Shown here: positions 1 through 8,317 of the stretch, piece after piece
How positions within the stretch are numbered: the first letter of the stretch is position 1
Layout: each line of letters begins with the position of its first letter
Assembly (NCBI GenBank): GCA_963704865.1
Contig: CAVPIE010000015.1
Span: 95,669-159,668, forward strand
Direction: 5' to 3'
Source of the DNA: an uncultured delta proteobacterium
GTDB taxonomy: Bacteria > Myxococcota_A > Polyangia > Polyangiales > Houyiibacteriaceae
DNA length: 64,000 bases
The notes under the pieces: generated by a model
Seen by the model: only the letters and a program-made list of their open reading frames with translations
Databases searched by the model: none
What the model was told of the DNA's origin: nothing
Made by a program: the position numbers and the translations under genes

Positions 1-714
1 GGTTCGATGCCGCGCGAAGACTCCGCCGTCGTTCAACTGAGTGAGGCGATTGCACGTCTGGGTAGTCAAGGCTTGCCGCGCCATGCGTCGGAGTCCGTGG
101 AGGGTTTCATCGGCGCGATCGCATCGCACTTACCCGCTCCCTTGCGGCCGCTGATCAAGATGCTGGCCAATCCGACGGTCGGTCCCGCGATGCTGAACGT
201 ACTGCCCGACCCCGGAGTACGGCGCGCGTTTCGCGCACTTCTTGGCAACACGGCATCGCCGACGGTGCTCCGTGCGGGAAACAAGACCAACGTGATCCCA
301 GATTTCGCCGAAGCTGAAATCGATGGCCGGATTCTACCGGGCCAGAGCCAAGATGATTTTCTGCGCGAGCTCGGGGACGTGCTGGGCCAAAACATCGAGC
401 TCGAGGTGATGCATTCGCTTCCGCCGGTCGTGACCGAGCCAAAGGAGTCGTCTCTGTATTCGCTGATTCACGAGGTCATGGCGGAGCGAGCACCTGACGC
501 GCCCATGGTTCCGTTCATTCTGCAGGGGTTCACCGATGCGAAAGCGTTCACCTCGATCGGGGCCAAGTGGTACGGCTTCGCGCCCGTGAAGCTTCCGCCT
601 GCGCTCCGCTTCGCAGACATGTTCCATGGGCACAACGAAAGAATCCCGGTCGATGGCCTGTCCTGGGGGACACAAACCTTGATGGAAGTCGTCCGCCGCT
701 GCATCGGCGTGTAG
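1..714 (+). CDS. M20/M25/M40-family metallopeptidase (ArgE/DapE/CPG2-like), C-terminal part; 5' end off-window
   Basis: Frame is open to base 1. Motifs NKTNVIPDFAEAEIDGRILPG and FTDAKAF..WYGFAP..HGHNERIP are typical of the M20 C-terminal region. Confidence 0.65.
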   Translation, partial: GSMPREDSAVVQLSEAIARLGSQGLPRHASESVEGFIGAIASHLPAPLRPLIKMLANPTVGPAMLNVLPDPGVRRAFRALLGNTASPTVLRAGNKTNVIPDFAEAEIDGRILPGQSQDDFLRELGDVLGQNIELEVMHSLPPVVTEPKESSLYSLIHEVMAERAPDAPMVPFILQGFTDAKAFTSIGAKWYGFAPVKLPPALRFADMFHGHNERIPVDGLSWGTQTLMEVVRRCIGV

Positions 715-767
715 TTTACGCCCCCTAGCCTGCCGCAGCCCAGTTCGCGCTTTCCATCTGTGCCGAG

Positions 768-2828
768 ATGAGGGATCCTCCCACCGGTCCGGCCGGGGTG
801 GCCTTGCAGAAGAGTCTTCACGACAGTGAGATCTTACTCGACCTGACTGCTGAAGATCTGCAGGGCTTGGTCGAGCAAGCGGGTGACGAGCTCGTGCGCT
901 TGGGCAAGCTGAGCGAGCGCCAGCGCGGGGCGATTCAAGCCACGCTCGACGAAAGGGGCGAGGGGGAGCTTCACGACCTCGGCGGCGGGGTCGGCGTGCT
1001 TCGCGTTCACTACGAGGCCCAGAACGGTGACGTCTACCGCTGCTCGCTCATACGCGTTCCCGAAGGTGTCCGCGCGAGCGACCACGAAAAGGTTCACTAC
1101 GTTTGGCTCATCGTGGCGCCATACGGCGCTTCCACTCCGCCCAACGAAGACCTGGAGCCATTCGGATGGATGTTGCACGACGAGCGCTTCAGCGCGTCGA
1201 TCATCGGCGCCAACGATCCGTTGCAGGTGCTCGCGACGTACCAGCTCTATTTAGAGTACGTCGAAGCGCCGCCCGACGAGCGAAGGCCTTCGCTCGTTCC
1301 AAGCTATCCGAGCATACCGGCACCTGTCACCGGCTTCGCTGCGGGGCTCGTGGCGGACATTCGCCGAAAGCTTCCTTTCTATTCGAGCGACTTCGTCGAC
1401 GGATTCAACGTCAAGAGCCTAGCGACGATCCTATTTCTGTTCTTTGCGTGTTTGGCGCCGTCGATTGCCTTTGGTGGGCTTCTGGCGTTCCTGACCAACG
1501 GTGAAATCGGCGCTGTCGAGGCCCTTCTCGCCACGGCAATTGGAGGCGTGGTTTACGCCCTGCTCTCCGGGCAGCCCCTGACGCTTCTAGGCAGCACCGG
1601 CCCGGTCACCATCTTCCTCGCTCTCCTGTACGTTCTTTGCAAGCAGCTCGGCGTTCCCTTCCTCCCCGGCTTGTTCTGGATCGGCATTTGGACCGCCTTG
1701 ATCATCATGGTCCTGGCCTTCACCAACGCCAGTCGCTACATCCAACACTTCACACGCTTCACGGACGAGATTTTCGGGGCGCTGATCGCGCTGATCTTCA
1801 TCACCGAAGCCTTCCGCGACATATTTGGCGACATATTTGGTCCCGAGGTGCCGACGAATGGGGAGCTTCTAGCGCTCATCCTCGCGCTCGGGACCTACAT
1901 GATCGCCCAGCAGCTCTCCAGGGTCCGGCAAAAGCCGCTTCTCACCAAGAACGTGCGAGAGTTCCTCGCGGACTTCGGACCGACGATTGCGATCCTCACG
2001 ATGACGGCGGCAGCCTGGGCGATGCACCCCATCGAGCTCGAGCACCTCGCGGTTCCGCACGAGTTCACCACGACGAGCGGGCGACCTTGGCTGGTCAATC
2101 CGATGGATGTGCCGGGCTGGTTTCCGCTGGCAGCGATACCGATCGCAGGCTTGGCCGCGGTGCTCCTTTTCTTGGATCAGAACATCACCGTTCGCCTCGT
2201 CAATAGCCCTCAGCACCGGCTCAAGAAGGGCGCCGGCTACAACCTGGACATGGCGGTGATTGCCGTCCTCGTTGCGATCTGCGCAACCATCGGCCTGCCC
2301 TGGGTCGTTGCCGCGACGGTTCGATCGCTGAATCACACTCGCAGCTTGGCAACCGTCCGCCATCACGCCCGAGGCGAGCACATCATCTCGGTCATGGAGA
2401 ACCGGCTCACTCCGCTCGTCGTTCACCTGTTGATCGGGGCGTCGCTACTCGTCCTCGACGTGCTTCGCGCGATTCCGATGTCCGTCGTGTTCGGCTTGTT
2501 TCTCTTCATGGGTATCGCCTCGCTCAGAAGCAATCAATTCGTCGACCGCCTCAAGCTCTGGGTCACCGACCCGACCCTGTATCCGCCCACACACTACATT
2601 CGCCGCGTCTCCCGGACGGTGCTTCACAGCTTCACCTTGGTCCAGCTCGCTTGCTTGGCCGTGCTCTGGTTCGTGAAGGAGTCATCGTTGGGTGTCTTGT
2701 TTCCGCTTTGCATCGCGCTTCTCGTTCCGATTCGCCATTCCCTCGGACGGATTTACAGCCAAAGAAACTTGGCGTTCTTGGACGCGGACGAGAATCCCGA
2801 AGAGGAGCAGTTTAGGGAAATGGACTAG
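768..2828 (+). CDS. SLC4/BOR1-type anion (bicarbonate/borate) exchanger homologue with ~200-aa cytoplasmic N-terminal domain
   Basis: 686-aa ORF. FYSSDFVDGFNVKSLATILFLFFACLAPSIAFGG closely resembles the SLC4 signature (AE1 LFIYFAALSPAITFGG). Multiple TM segments follow, and the N-terminal soluble domain resembles a Band-3 cytoplasmic/EIIA-like fold. Confidence 0.7.
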   Translation: MRDPPTGPAGVALQKSLHDSEILLDLTAEDLQGLVEQAGDELVRLGKLSERQRGAIQATLDERGEGELHDLGGGVGVLRVHYEAQNGDVYRCSLIRVPEGVRASDHEKVHYVWLIVAPYGASTPPNEDLEPFGWMLHDERFSASIIGANDPLQVLATYQLYLEYVEAPPDERRPSLVPSYPSIPAPVTGFAAGLVADIRRKLPFYSSDFVDGFNVKSLATILFLFFACLAPSIAFGGLLAFLTNGEIGAVEALLATAIGGVVYALLSGQPLTLLGSTGPVTIFLALLYVLCKQLGVPFLPGLFWIGIWTALIIMVLAFTNASRYIQHFTRFTDEIFGALIALIFITEAFRDIFGDIFGPEVPTNGELLALILALGTYMIAQQLSRVRQKPLLTKNVREFLADFGPTIAILTMTAAAWAMHPIELEHLAVPHEFTTTSGRPWLVNPMDVPGWFPLAAIPIAGLAAVLLFLDQNITVRLVNSPQHRLKKGAGYNLDMAVIAVLVAICATIGLPWVVAATVRSLNHTRSLATVRHHARGEHIISVMENRLTPLVVHLLIGASLLVLDVLRAIPMSVVFGLFLFMGIASLRSNQFVDRLKLWVTDPTLYPPTHYIRRVSRTVLHSFTLVQLACLAVLWFVKESSLGVLFPLCIALLVPIRHSLGRIYSQRNLAFLDADENPEEEQFREMD

Positions 2829-2832
2829 ACCG

Positions 2833-3080
2833 GGACGCGAAAAAAAGCGCGACACGGGGCTGCGTCGAACGGCTCGGCTCAGGTGCTCGCGTGGGGGCGG
2901 CGGGGTGGGGATGAAGGGTTCACTCTCGCACGAAACACTTCTCGTACGTCCGCGTGACAAGCCGATAGCGGGAAGCACGGACCCGCGCTCCCCACCCCGC
3001 CGCCCCCACGCGAACTCCTGTCTTACCGATTGTCACTCACACGTCGACTCCGCCCCATATCGCGCTTTTTCTCGCGCCCC
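2833..3080. repeat. Nested inverted repeat: perfect 25-bp inner stem (2887-2911 / 2989-3013, 77-nt loop) inside imperfect outer arms (2833-2868 / 3044-3078)
   Basis: Read directly. CGCGTGGGGGCGGCGGGGTGGGG is the exact reverse complement of CCCCACCCCGCCGCCCCCACGCG. Outer arms GGACGCGAAAAAAAGCGCGACACGGGGC.. and ..GCCCCATATCGCGCTTTTTCTCGCGCC pair imperfectly. Confidence 0.8.
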
Positions 3081-3117
3081 TCCGTACGGAGACAGGACCA
3101 AGAACCTTCCCAAAACG

Positions 3118-3252
3118 GCAGGCGGCAGCGCGAGCCCGAAGGGCGAAGCCCGGCGCAAAGCGCCGCCAAGGCGAAGCGCAGCGCCCGCCGCGGCAGGGAG
3201 GACTACGGGTGGGGGTGGGCGGGCGGTGTAACCAAACCGAACCACCCAACCC
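3118..3252 (-). repeat. Dispersed GC-rich structured repeat, copy A (family also at 43506-43650 and 48019-48156)
   Basis: The reverse complement aligns by hand with copies B and C. Shared core: ..GTTTGGTT.ACACCGCCCGCCCACCCCCACCCGTAGTCCTCCCTGCCGCG..GGCGGCGC.TT.GCGCCGGGCTTCGCCCTTCGGGCTCGCGCTGCCGCC. Confidence 0.85.
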
Positions 3253-3379
3253 GTCGACTCCCCGGCTGCCCAACATCCGCGCCAGCGTCATTGTCAGCGC
3301 CAGTGCCGGAGGCCGTGCCCGCGAACAGCCGCCGCGGGTTTCTCGGACCCCTCCGATGCTTCCCCTATCCTCCCCCCGC

Positions 3380-3955
3380 ATGCCCCGCTCGATCCCCCTG
3401 CGTCTCCTTTCCGACCGAGACCACTATGAGCAGGTCATGCAGGCCGTGTTGGAGGCCGAGCGGAGTGTCTGGGTTGCGACCGCCAATCTCAAGGACGTCA
3501 TGGTCGAGGATCCTCGGGTCGTTCCGGGCCGGCGTCGGGGGCGCCGTGGGAACTACCGATCGGTTCTCGAGTTGTTCGCCGAGCTTGCACGACGTGGGGT
3601 CGAGCTACGAATCCTCCACGCTTCCGTGCCGTCCCGGGCGTTTCGCCGAAGCTTCGACGCCCAGCCCGACCTCGTCGCAGGCGGTATCGAAATGCGTGTC
3701 TGTCCACGAGTCCATCTCAAGACGGTCGTGATCGACGCCCGGCTGGTTTACCTTGGAAGCGCCAACTGGACCGGAGCGGGTCTCGGCGCCAAGGGCGACG
3801 GGCGCCGCAACTTCGAAATGGGCATCCTGACGTCCGATGAACAAACCATCGATGAAGTCCAAGAACGCTACGACCGCATTTGGCGAGGTGCGGAATGCGC
3901 CGACTGCCGACTTCGCGCGGAGTGTGAGATGCCCTTGGATCAGATTTCCTCGTAA
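3380..3955 (+). CDS. Phospholipase D-like (single HKD motif) nuclease/phosphodiesterase family protein
   Basis: HLKTVVIDARLVYLGSANWTGAGLG matches HxK(x)4D(x)6GSxN exactly. I chose ATG 3380 (MPRSIPL). The ORF stays open upstream to GTG 3209 inside repeat copy A, so the start is uncertain. Confidence 0.7.
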   Translation: MPRSIPLRLLSDRDHYEQVMQAVLEAERSVWVATANLKDVMVEDPRVVPGRRRGRRGNYRSVLELFAELARRGVELRILHASVPSRAFRRSFDAQPDLVAGGIEMRVCPRVHLKTVVIDARLVYLGSANWTGAGLGAKGDGRRNFEMGILTSDEQTIDEVQERYDRIWRGAECADCRLRAECEMPLDQISS

Positions 3956-3980
3956 GCGCCGGGACGTGCAACGCAGGTGC

Positions 3981-5807
3981 CTAGTCTTCGAACTGGCCGC
4001 GCGCTCTCAGCGCGTCCATGATGATCTCGACGGCCTTGTCGATTCTCATTTCATTGAGCGCGACGGTGATGTCCGGGTCCTCAGGAGCCTCGAACTTCGA
4101 GAAGTCGGCGTCTGGCCGGCGCTCGCGGCAAAGGGCTTCATCGGTGTTGACGTAGACCTGGATGACGCGATCTTCACCGATGCGCGCCTTGAGCTTGTCT
4201 CGGTCCGTACGCGTAGGGCTTGGAAAGGCGCAGATGTTGATCAGACCTGCGTCCGTTACAGCCTTCGCGGCGGAAATCATCGATCGAAGGTCCTCACCGA
4301 CGGGGTTGACCACCGTGGCCGTACGACCGTCATCGAAGAGCCTCCGCTCCAGCGCGTACGCCAGAGTCCAGCGGCCCGAGCCGGGAAGCCCCTGGAGCCA
4401 AACCGTCGCGCCTCGCTGGCCGAAGCGCTCCATGCGCTCGTTGTTGCTGACGAAGGTCTTGGGCTCCATCGCCGATTCGGCGTGCAGCTCCTTCATGACT
4501 TCGCCGATGTTCTGATCCGCGCCTTCGAGCGAGATCATGCCCGCCGCTACGGTGTTGTTGGTCAGCGAATCGATGACGATGAAAGCGCCCGTTTCACGGT
4601 TGCGCTGGTAGTCGTCGACGTAAAGCGCCCGGTGGCAGCTCAGCCGTACTTTCGCGATGTCGTTTAGCGCGATGCCGTCGGTCGCCTTCTCTTCGAGGGT
4701 ATCCATGTCGATCTCGCAATAGATCTTGTCGATCTGAGCGCGGACCGTCTGCGTAGTGTGCTTGACGAGGTATGCTTTTTCGGTGTCGAGCGGCCTCTCG
4801 TGCATCCATACCAGATGTGCATCGAAGCGACGCGTGACCCGAGGCAGGCTGTCCGGCTTCACGATCATGTCGCCCCGGCTGATGTCGATCTCGTCTTCGA
4901 GTCGAATCGTCACCGATTGGCCAGCGAATGCCTCGTCGAGCTCGCCATCGTAGGTGTCGATGGCTTTGACTTTCGACGTCTTGCCCGAGGGAAGGGCCAC
5001 AATGTCGTCGCCCTTGGCGATGACGCCCGCAGCGACTTCCGCAGCAAAGCCGCGGTAGTCGAGATCTGGCCGTATGACGTACTGCACCGGATAGCGAAAA
5101 TCAGTGAAATTTCGGTCTTCGAAAACCGGAACGGTTTCGAGATAGCCGAGAACGTTCGGCCCGTCGTACCAGGGCGTGTTCTCGCTGTCGCTCACCACGT
5201 TGTCACCCACCAGAGCGCTCACTGGGAAGAACTGAATGTCTTTGAAGCGAAGCGTCTTGCCAAACTCCATAAAGTCGGCGCTGATCTCTTCGTAGACCTT
5301 TTGCGAGTAGTCCCTGAGGTCCATCTTGTTGACGCAAACCGCAAGATGCGGAATGCCGAGCAGCGAAGCGATGTATGCGTGCCGGCGCGACTGCTGAAGG
5401 ACGCCGTGTCGTGCGTCGATCAGAATCAAGGCTACGTCGGCAGTCGAAGCGCCAGTCACCATGTTGCGCGTGTACTGAATGTGCCCTGGCGTGTCCGCGA
5501 TGATGAACTTCCGCTTGTCGGTCGCGAAGTAGCGGTACGCCACGTCGATGGTGATGCCTTGCTCGCGCTCGGCCTTGAGCCCATCGGTGAGTAGCGCGAG
5601 GTCCGGCTCGTCTGTCTGGGATGCAGCGCGGACGGCGGCCATCTGGTCTTCGAACACCATGCCGGTGTCGTAGAGAATGCGTCCGATGAGCGTCGATTTG
5701 CCGTCGTCGACCGAGCCGACCGACACGAACCGGAGCAGCTCTTTCTTTCGGTACTTCGCGAGATATGCCTCGATATCGTCGCGAATCAGGTCTTTTTCGT
5801 CCGTCAT
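3981..5807 (-). CDS. cysNC: Sulfate adenylyltransferase subunit 1 (CysN GTPase) fused to an APS-kinase-like C-terminal domain
   Basis: The N-terminus LRFVSVGSVDDGKSTLIGRILYD and the DTPGH G-motifs fit CysN. The C-terminal ~150 aa resemble CysC but carry an altered P-loop, GLPGSGRWT. Confidence 0.85.
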   Translation of the reverse strand: MTDEKDLIRDDIEAYLAKYRKKELLRFVSVGSVDDGKSTLIGRILYDTGMVFEDQMAAVRAASQTDEPDLALLTDGLKAEREQGITIDVAYRYFATDKRKFIIADTPGHIQYTRNMVTGASTADVALILIDARHGVLQQSRRHAYIASLLGIPHLAVCVNKMDLRDYSQKVYEEISADFMEFGKTLRFKDIQFFPVSALVGDNVVSDSENTPWYDGPNVLGYLETVPVFEDRNFTDFRYPVQYVIRPDLDYRGFAAEVAAGVIAKGDDIVALPSGKTSKVKAIDTYDGELDEAFAGQSVTIRLEDEIDISRGDMIVKPDSLPRVTRRFDAHLVWMHERPLDTEKAYLVKHTTQTVRAQIDKIYCEIDMDTLEEKATDGIALNDIAKVRLSCHRALYVDDYQRNRETGAFIVIDSLTNNTVAAGMISLEGADQNIGEVMKELHAESAMEPKTFVSNNERMERFGQRGATVWLQGLPGSGRWTLAYALERRLFDDGRTATVVNPVGEDLRSMISAAKAVTDAGLINICAFPSPTRTDRDKLKARIGEDRVIQVYVNTDEALCRERRPDADFSKFEAPEDPDITVALNEMRIDKAVEIIMDALRARGQFED

Positions 5808-5837
5808 GGCGTTTCCTAGAAGAGCCCCGCGCTGGGT

Positions 5838-6752
5838 CTAAAAGTAGCCCTCGCGCTTTTTGACTTCCATCGACCCCTCTTCGTCGAAGTCGATGAGACG
5901 CCCCTGCCTCTCCGAGAAGCGGTTGAGGAGCATTTCTTGGATGACTTTGGGGACCGTATCGGCCGTCGACTCGACAGCGCCGCTGAGCGGATAGCAACCG
6001 AGCGTCCGAAAGCGCACGTTTTTCATCTGCGGCTTTTCACCCGGTTCGAGGCGCATGCGGTCGTCATCGACCAGGATCCAGGTTCCCGAGCGCTCGACCA
6101 CCGGCCGCTCTTTTGCGAAGTACAGCGGGACGACGGGAATGTCTTCGAGCCAGACGTAAAGCCACACGTCGAGCTCCGTCCAGTTGCTCAATGGAAAGAC
6201 CCGGACGTTTTCGCCCTTCTTGATTTTCGCGTTGAAAACGTTCCAGAGCTCCGGGCGCTGGTTCTTCGGGTCCCACTGATGGTGACTATCGCGGAACGAA
6301 AAAATGCGCTCCTTGGCGCGGGACTTCTCTTCATCGCGCCGCGCGCCGCCAAATGCGCAGTCGAACTCGTACTTCGAGAGCGCTTGCTTCAGCGCGTCGG
6401 TCTTCATGACGTCGGTGTACTTCTTGCTGCCGAAGTCGAAGGGGTTCATTCCCATCGCGACGCCATCGGCATTCGTGTACTTGATCAGCTCGGCCTTGAC
6501 GGTGGCCTCGATCTTGTCGCGGTACCGATACATGTCCTGGAACTTCCAGGTGGTATCGACGTGGAGCAGGGGAAAGGGAAGTGGCCCAGGCGCGAACGCC
6601 TTCTCGGCGAGGCGAAGCATGACCGAGGAGTCTTTCCCGACCGAATACATCATGACGGGGTTGTCGAACTCGGCCGCCGCCTCGCGGATGATTTGAAGGC
6701 TCTCCGCCTCGAGTTGGCGGAGCTGGCTCAGTTTGCGCGCGCTTGCTTGCAC
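5838..6752 (-). CDS. cysD: Sulfate adenylyltransferase subunit 2
   Basis: 304 aa. [39 protein letters not shown] is the PAPS-reductase-fold CysD signature. It lies directly upstream of cysNC. Confidence 0.9.
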   Translation of the reverse strand: MQASARKLSQLRQLEAESLQIIREAAAEFDNPVMMYSVGKDSSVMLRLAEKAFAPGPLPFPLLHVDTTWKFQDMYRYRDKIEATVKAELIKYTNADGVAMGMNPFDFGSKKYTDVMKTDALKQALSKYEFDCAFGGARRDEEKSRAKERIFSFRDSHHQWDPKNQRPELWNVFNAKIKKGENVRVFPLSNWTELDVWLYVWLEDIPVVPLYFAKERPVVERSGTWILVDDDRMRLEPGEKPQMKNVRFRTLGCYPLSGAVESTADTVPKVIQEMLLNRFSERQGRLIDFDEEGSMEVKKREGYF

Positions 6753-6878
6753 CGGCTTTTCCTAGGGCAGACGTCGATTGGACGCCAGTCTATACGCGAG
6801 ATTTGTGCGAGTTCAATCCCGAAGGTCCCTGGTGAAAGCAGTGCGCGCGCGCTCATGCTAAGAACGGGTCTGCATCAA

Positions 6879-7424
6879 ATGTCGGCTATCATTTGGATGG
6901 ATATGGAGATGTCTGGGCTCGAGCCCGAGACCGATCGCATTTTGGAGGTCGCGGTCCTCATCACCGACGGCGAGCTCAACGCCGTCGCGGAGGGGCCCAA
7001 TTTAGTGCTGCATCAGTCCGACGAGGTCCTCTCCGCGATGGATGACTGGAATACGAAGCACCACGGCGAGTCAGGTCTGACCAAGCGTGTTCGCGAGTCG
7101 ACCGTCGATGAGGCCCAAGCGTCTGCTGCGCTTCTCGGCTTCTTTTCGGAGCACACCGAGAAGAAGAAAGCGCCGCTTGCCGGCAACTCGATTCATCAAG
7201 ACCGCCGCTTCGTCGCCCGCTACCTTCCCGAGGTCGAGGACTGGCTTCACTACCGCAACGTCGACGTTTCGACGATCAAGGAGCTCGCACGGCGCTGGTA
7301 CCCGACGCAATACGCGGGGCGCCCGACCAAGAAGGGCAGCCATCGCGCGATGGACGACCTGATGGAGTCGATCGAAGAGCTCAAGTACTACCGGAAGGCC
7401 TTGTTCCTTCCCTCACAATCATGA
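6879..7424 (+). CDS. orn: Oligoribonuclease
   Basis: MSAIIWMDMEMSGLEPETDRILEVAVLITD..NSIHQDRRF..HYRNVDVSTIKEL are DEDDh exonuclease motifs, and the ~181-aa length is typical of Orn. The long ORF upstream of ATG 6879 is antisense to cysD. Confidence 0.9.
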   Translation: MSAIIWMDMEMSGLEPETDRILEVAVLITDGELNAVAEGPNLVLHQSDEVLSAMDDWNTKHHGESGLTKRVRESTVDEAQASAALLGFFSEHTEKKKAPLAGNSIHQDRRFVARYLPEVEDWLHYRNVDVSTIKELARRWYPTQYAGRPTKKGSHRAMDDLMESIEELKYYRKALFLPSQS

Positions 7425-8317
7425 GGCTCGGGGCGCTTCTATTGCTGGTCTGTGTTGGCTGCGCCGGAGCGGTGAAGCCCGACCCGCAAACGGCGGAGTC
7501 GATCGTCCGCAGTCAATCGGCGCCCATTTCCCTCATCGACGCGGCAACGGGAAAGTCGATCGAAGCGGAGGCGTTTCTCGCAGTCCTTCGAACGAAGGCA
7601 GTGATTTACGTGGGTGAGCGCCACGACCATCCCGGCGACCACGGCGCACAGTATGCGATCCTCCGACAACTGCATCGGGACGAGGCATCCCTGGCGATCG
7701 GAATGGAGATGTTCCAAGTTCCGTTCCAGGAGCCGCTTGACAAATGGAGCGCCGGCGAAATCGACGAGACGGTGCTTCGGCGCGAGACCGAGTATGACAA
7801 GCGCTGGGGCTTCGACTTCAGCATGTATCGTCCAATCCTCGAGTACGCGCGGAACCGGGGTATCGAGGTCGTCGCCCTCAACGCGCCGAAGGAGCTTGCG
7901 TTTGCCGTTGCGAAGGAAGGAGTCGACGGGCTGTCTCCGGAGCTGGCGGCGGACTTGCCGGAGCTCGACCTCGCGAACGAGGAACACCGCGGCCTTTTCG
8001 ATTCCGAGTTCGACGTAGGGGAGCACGCGGCGGAAGACGGAGTCGATCGGTACTACGAGGCGCAGGTCGTTTGGGATGAGACCATGGGTTCGCGCGTGGC
8101 CGAGACGCTCGGGCGGGCCAATGGGCCTGCCAAGATGATCGTGTTCGCCGGCCGGGTGCACGTGAAGCGGGGACTGGGGATCCCGGACCGAGCGGCAAAG
8201 CGCGGCGCGGCTCCCTATGCCGTGGTCTTCCCAGTGACTAAGCAAGAGCTCAAAGCGGAGCTGAAATTGCCCCCGGAACAACGTTCGGCGGACTATTTCT
8301 GGGCGCTCGAGCCGTGA
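7421..8317 (+). CDS. ChaN-family (haem-binding/Tiki-like) lipoprotein
   Basis: Lipoprotein signal MRLGALLLLVCVGCAG. VIYVGERHDHPGDH motif of the ChaN/Cofac_haem_bdg family. The start overlaps the orn stop (ATGA). Confidence 0.6.
   Translation: MRLGALLLLVCVGCAGAVKPDPQTAESIVRSQSAPISLIDAATGKSIEAEAFLAVLRTKAVIYVGERHDHPGDHGAQYAILRQLHRDEASLAIGMEMFQVPFQEPLDKWSAGEIDETVLRRETEYDKRWGFDFSMYRPILEYARNRGIEVVALNAPKELAFAVAKEGVDGLSPELAADLPELDLANEEHRGLFDSEFDVGEHAAEDGVDRYYEAQVVWDETMGSRVAETLGRANGPAKMIVFAGRVHVKRGLGIPDRAAKRGAAPYAVVFPVTKQELKAELKLPPEQRSADYFWALEP

Noticed and set aside
1-12. T-arm-like strings (GGTTCGATGCC at the window start; GGATTCGAATCC near 50245) that might indicate tRNAs.
   Set aside because: Both lie inside well-supported coding frames, and no acceptor or anticodon stems can be drawn around them.
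2838-2856. CGCG-A7-GCGCG immediately after the SLC4-like stop, as a simple intrinsic terminator.
   Set aside because: The stem is only ~4-5 bp and the A-run sits in the loop rather than forming a trailing U-tract. It is better explained as part of the outer arm of the nested palindrome.
3030-3731. ORFs crossing the repeat regions (3030-3731, 3033-3245, 43468-44088, 43536-43724, 47625-48266, 48030-48272) that share peptide strings such as YTARPPPPVVLPAA and REDYGWGWAGGV.
   Set aside because: The shared peptides are simply translations of the same DNA repeat in different frames. The products are low-complexity and have no coding support. They are treated as non-coding repeat sequence.
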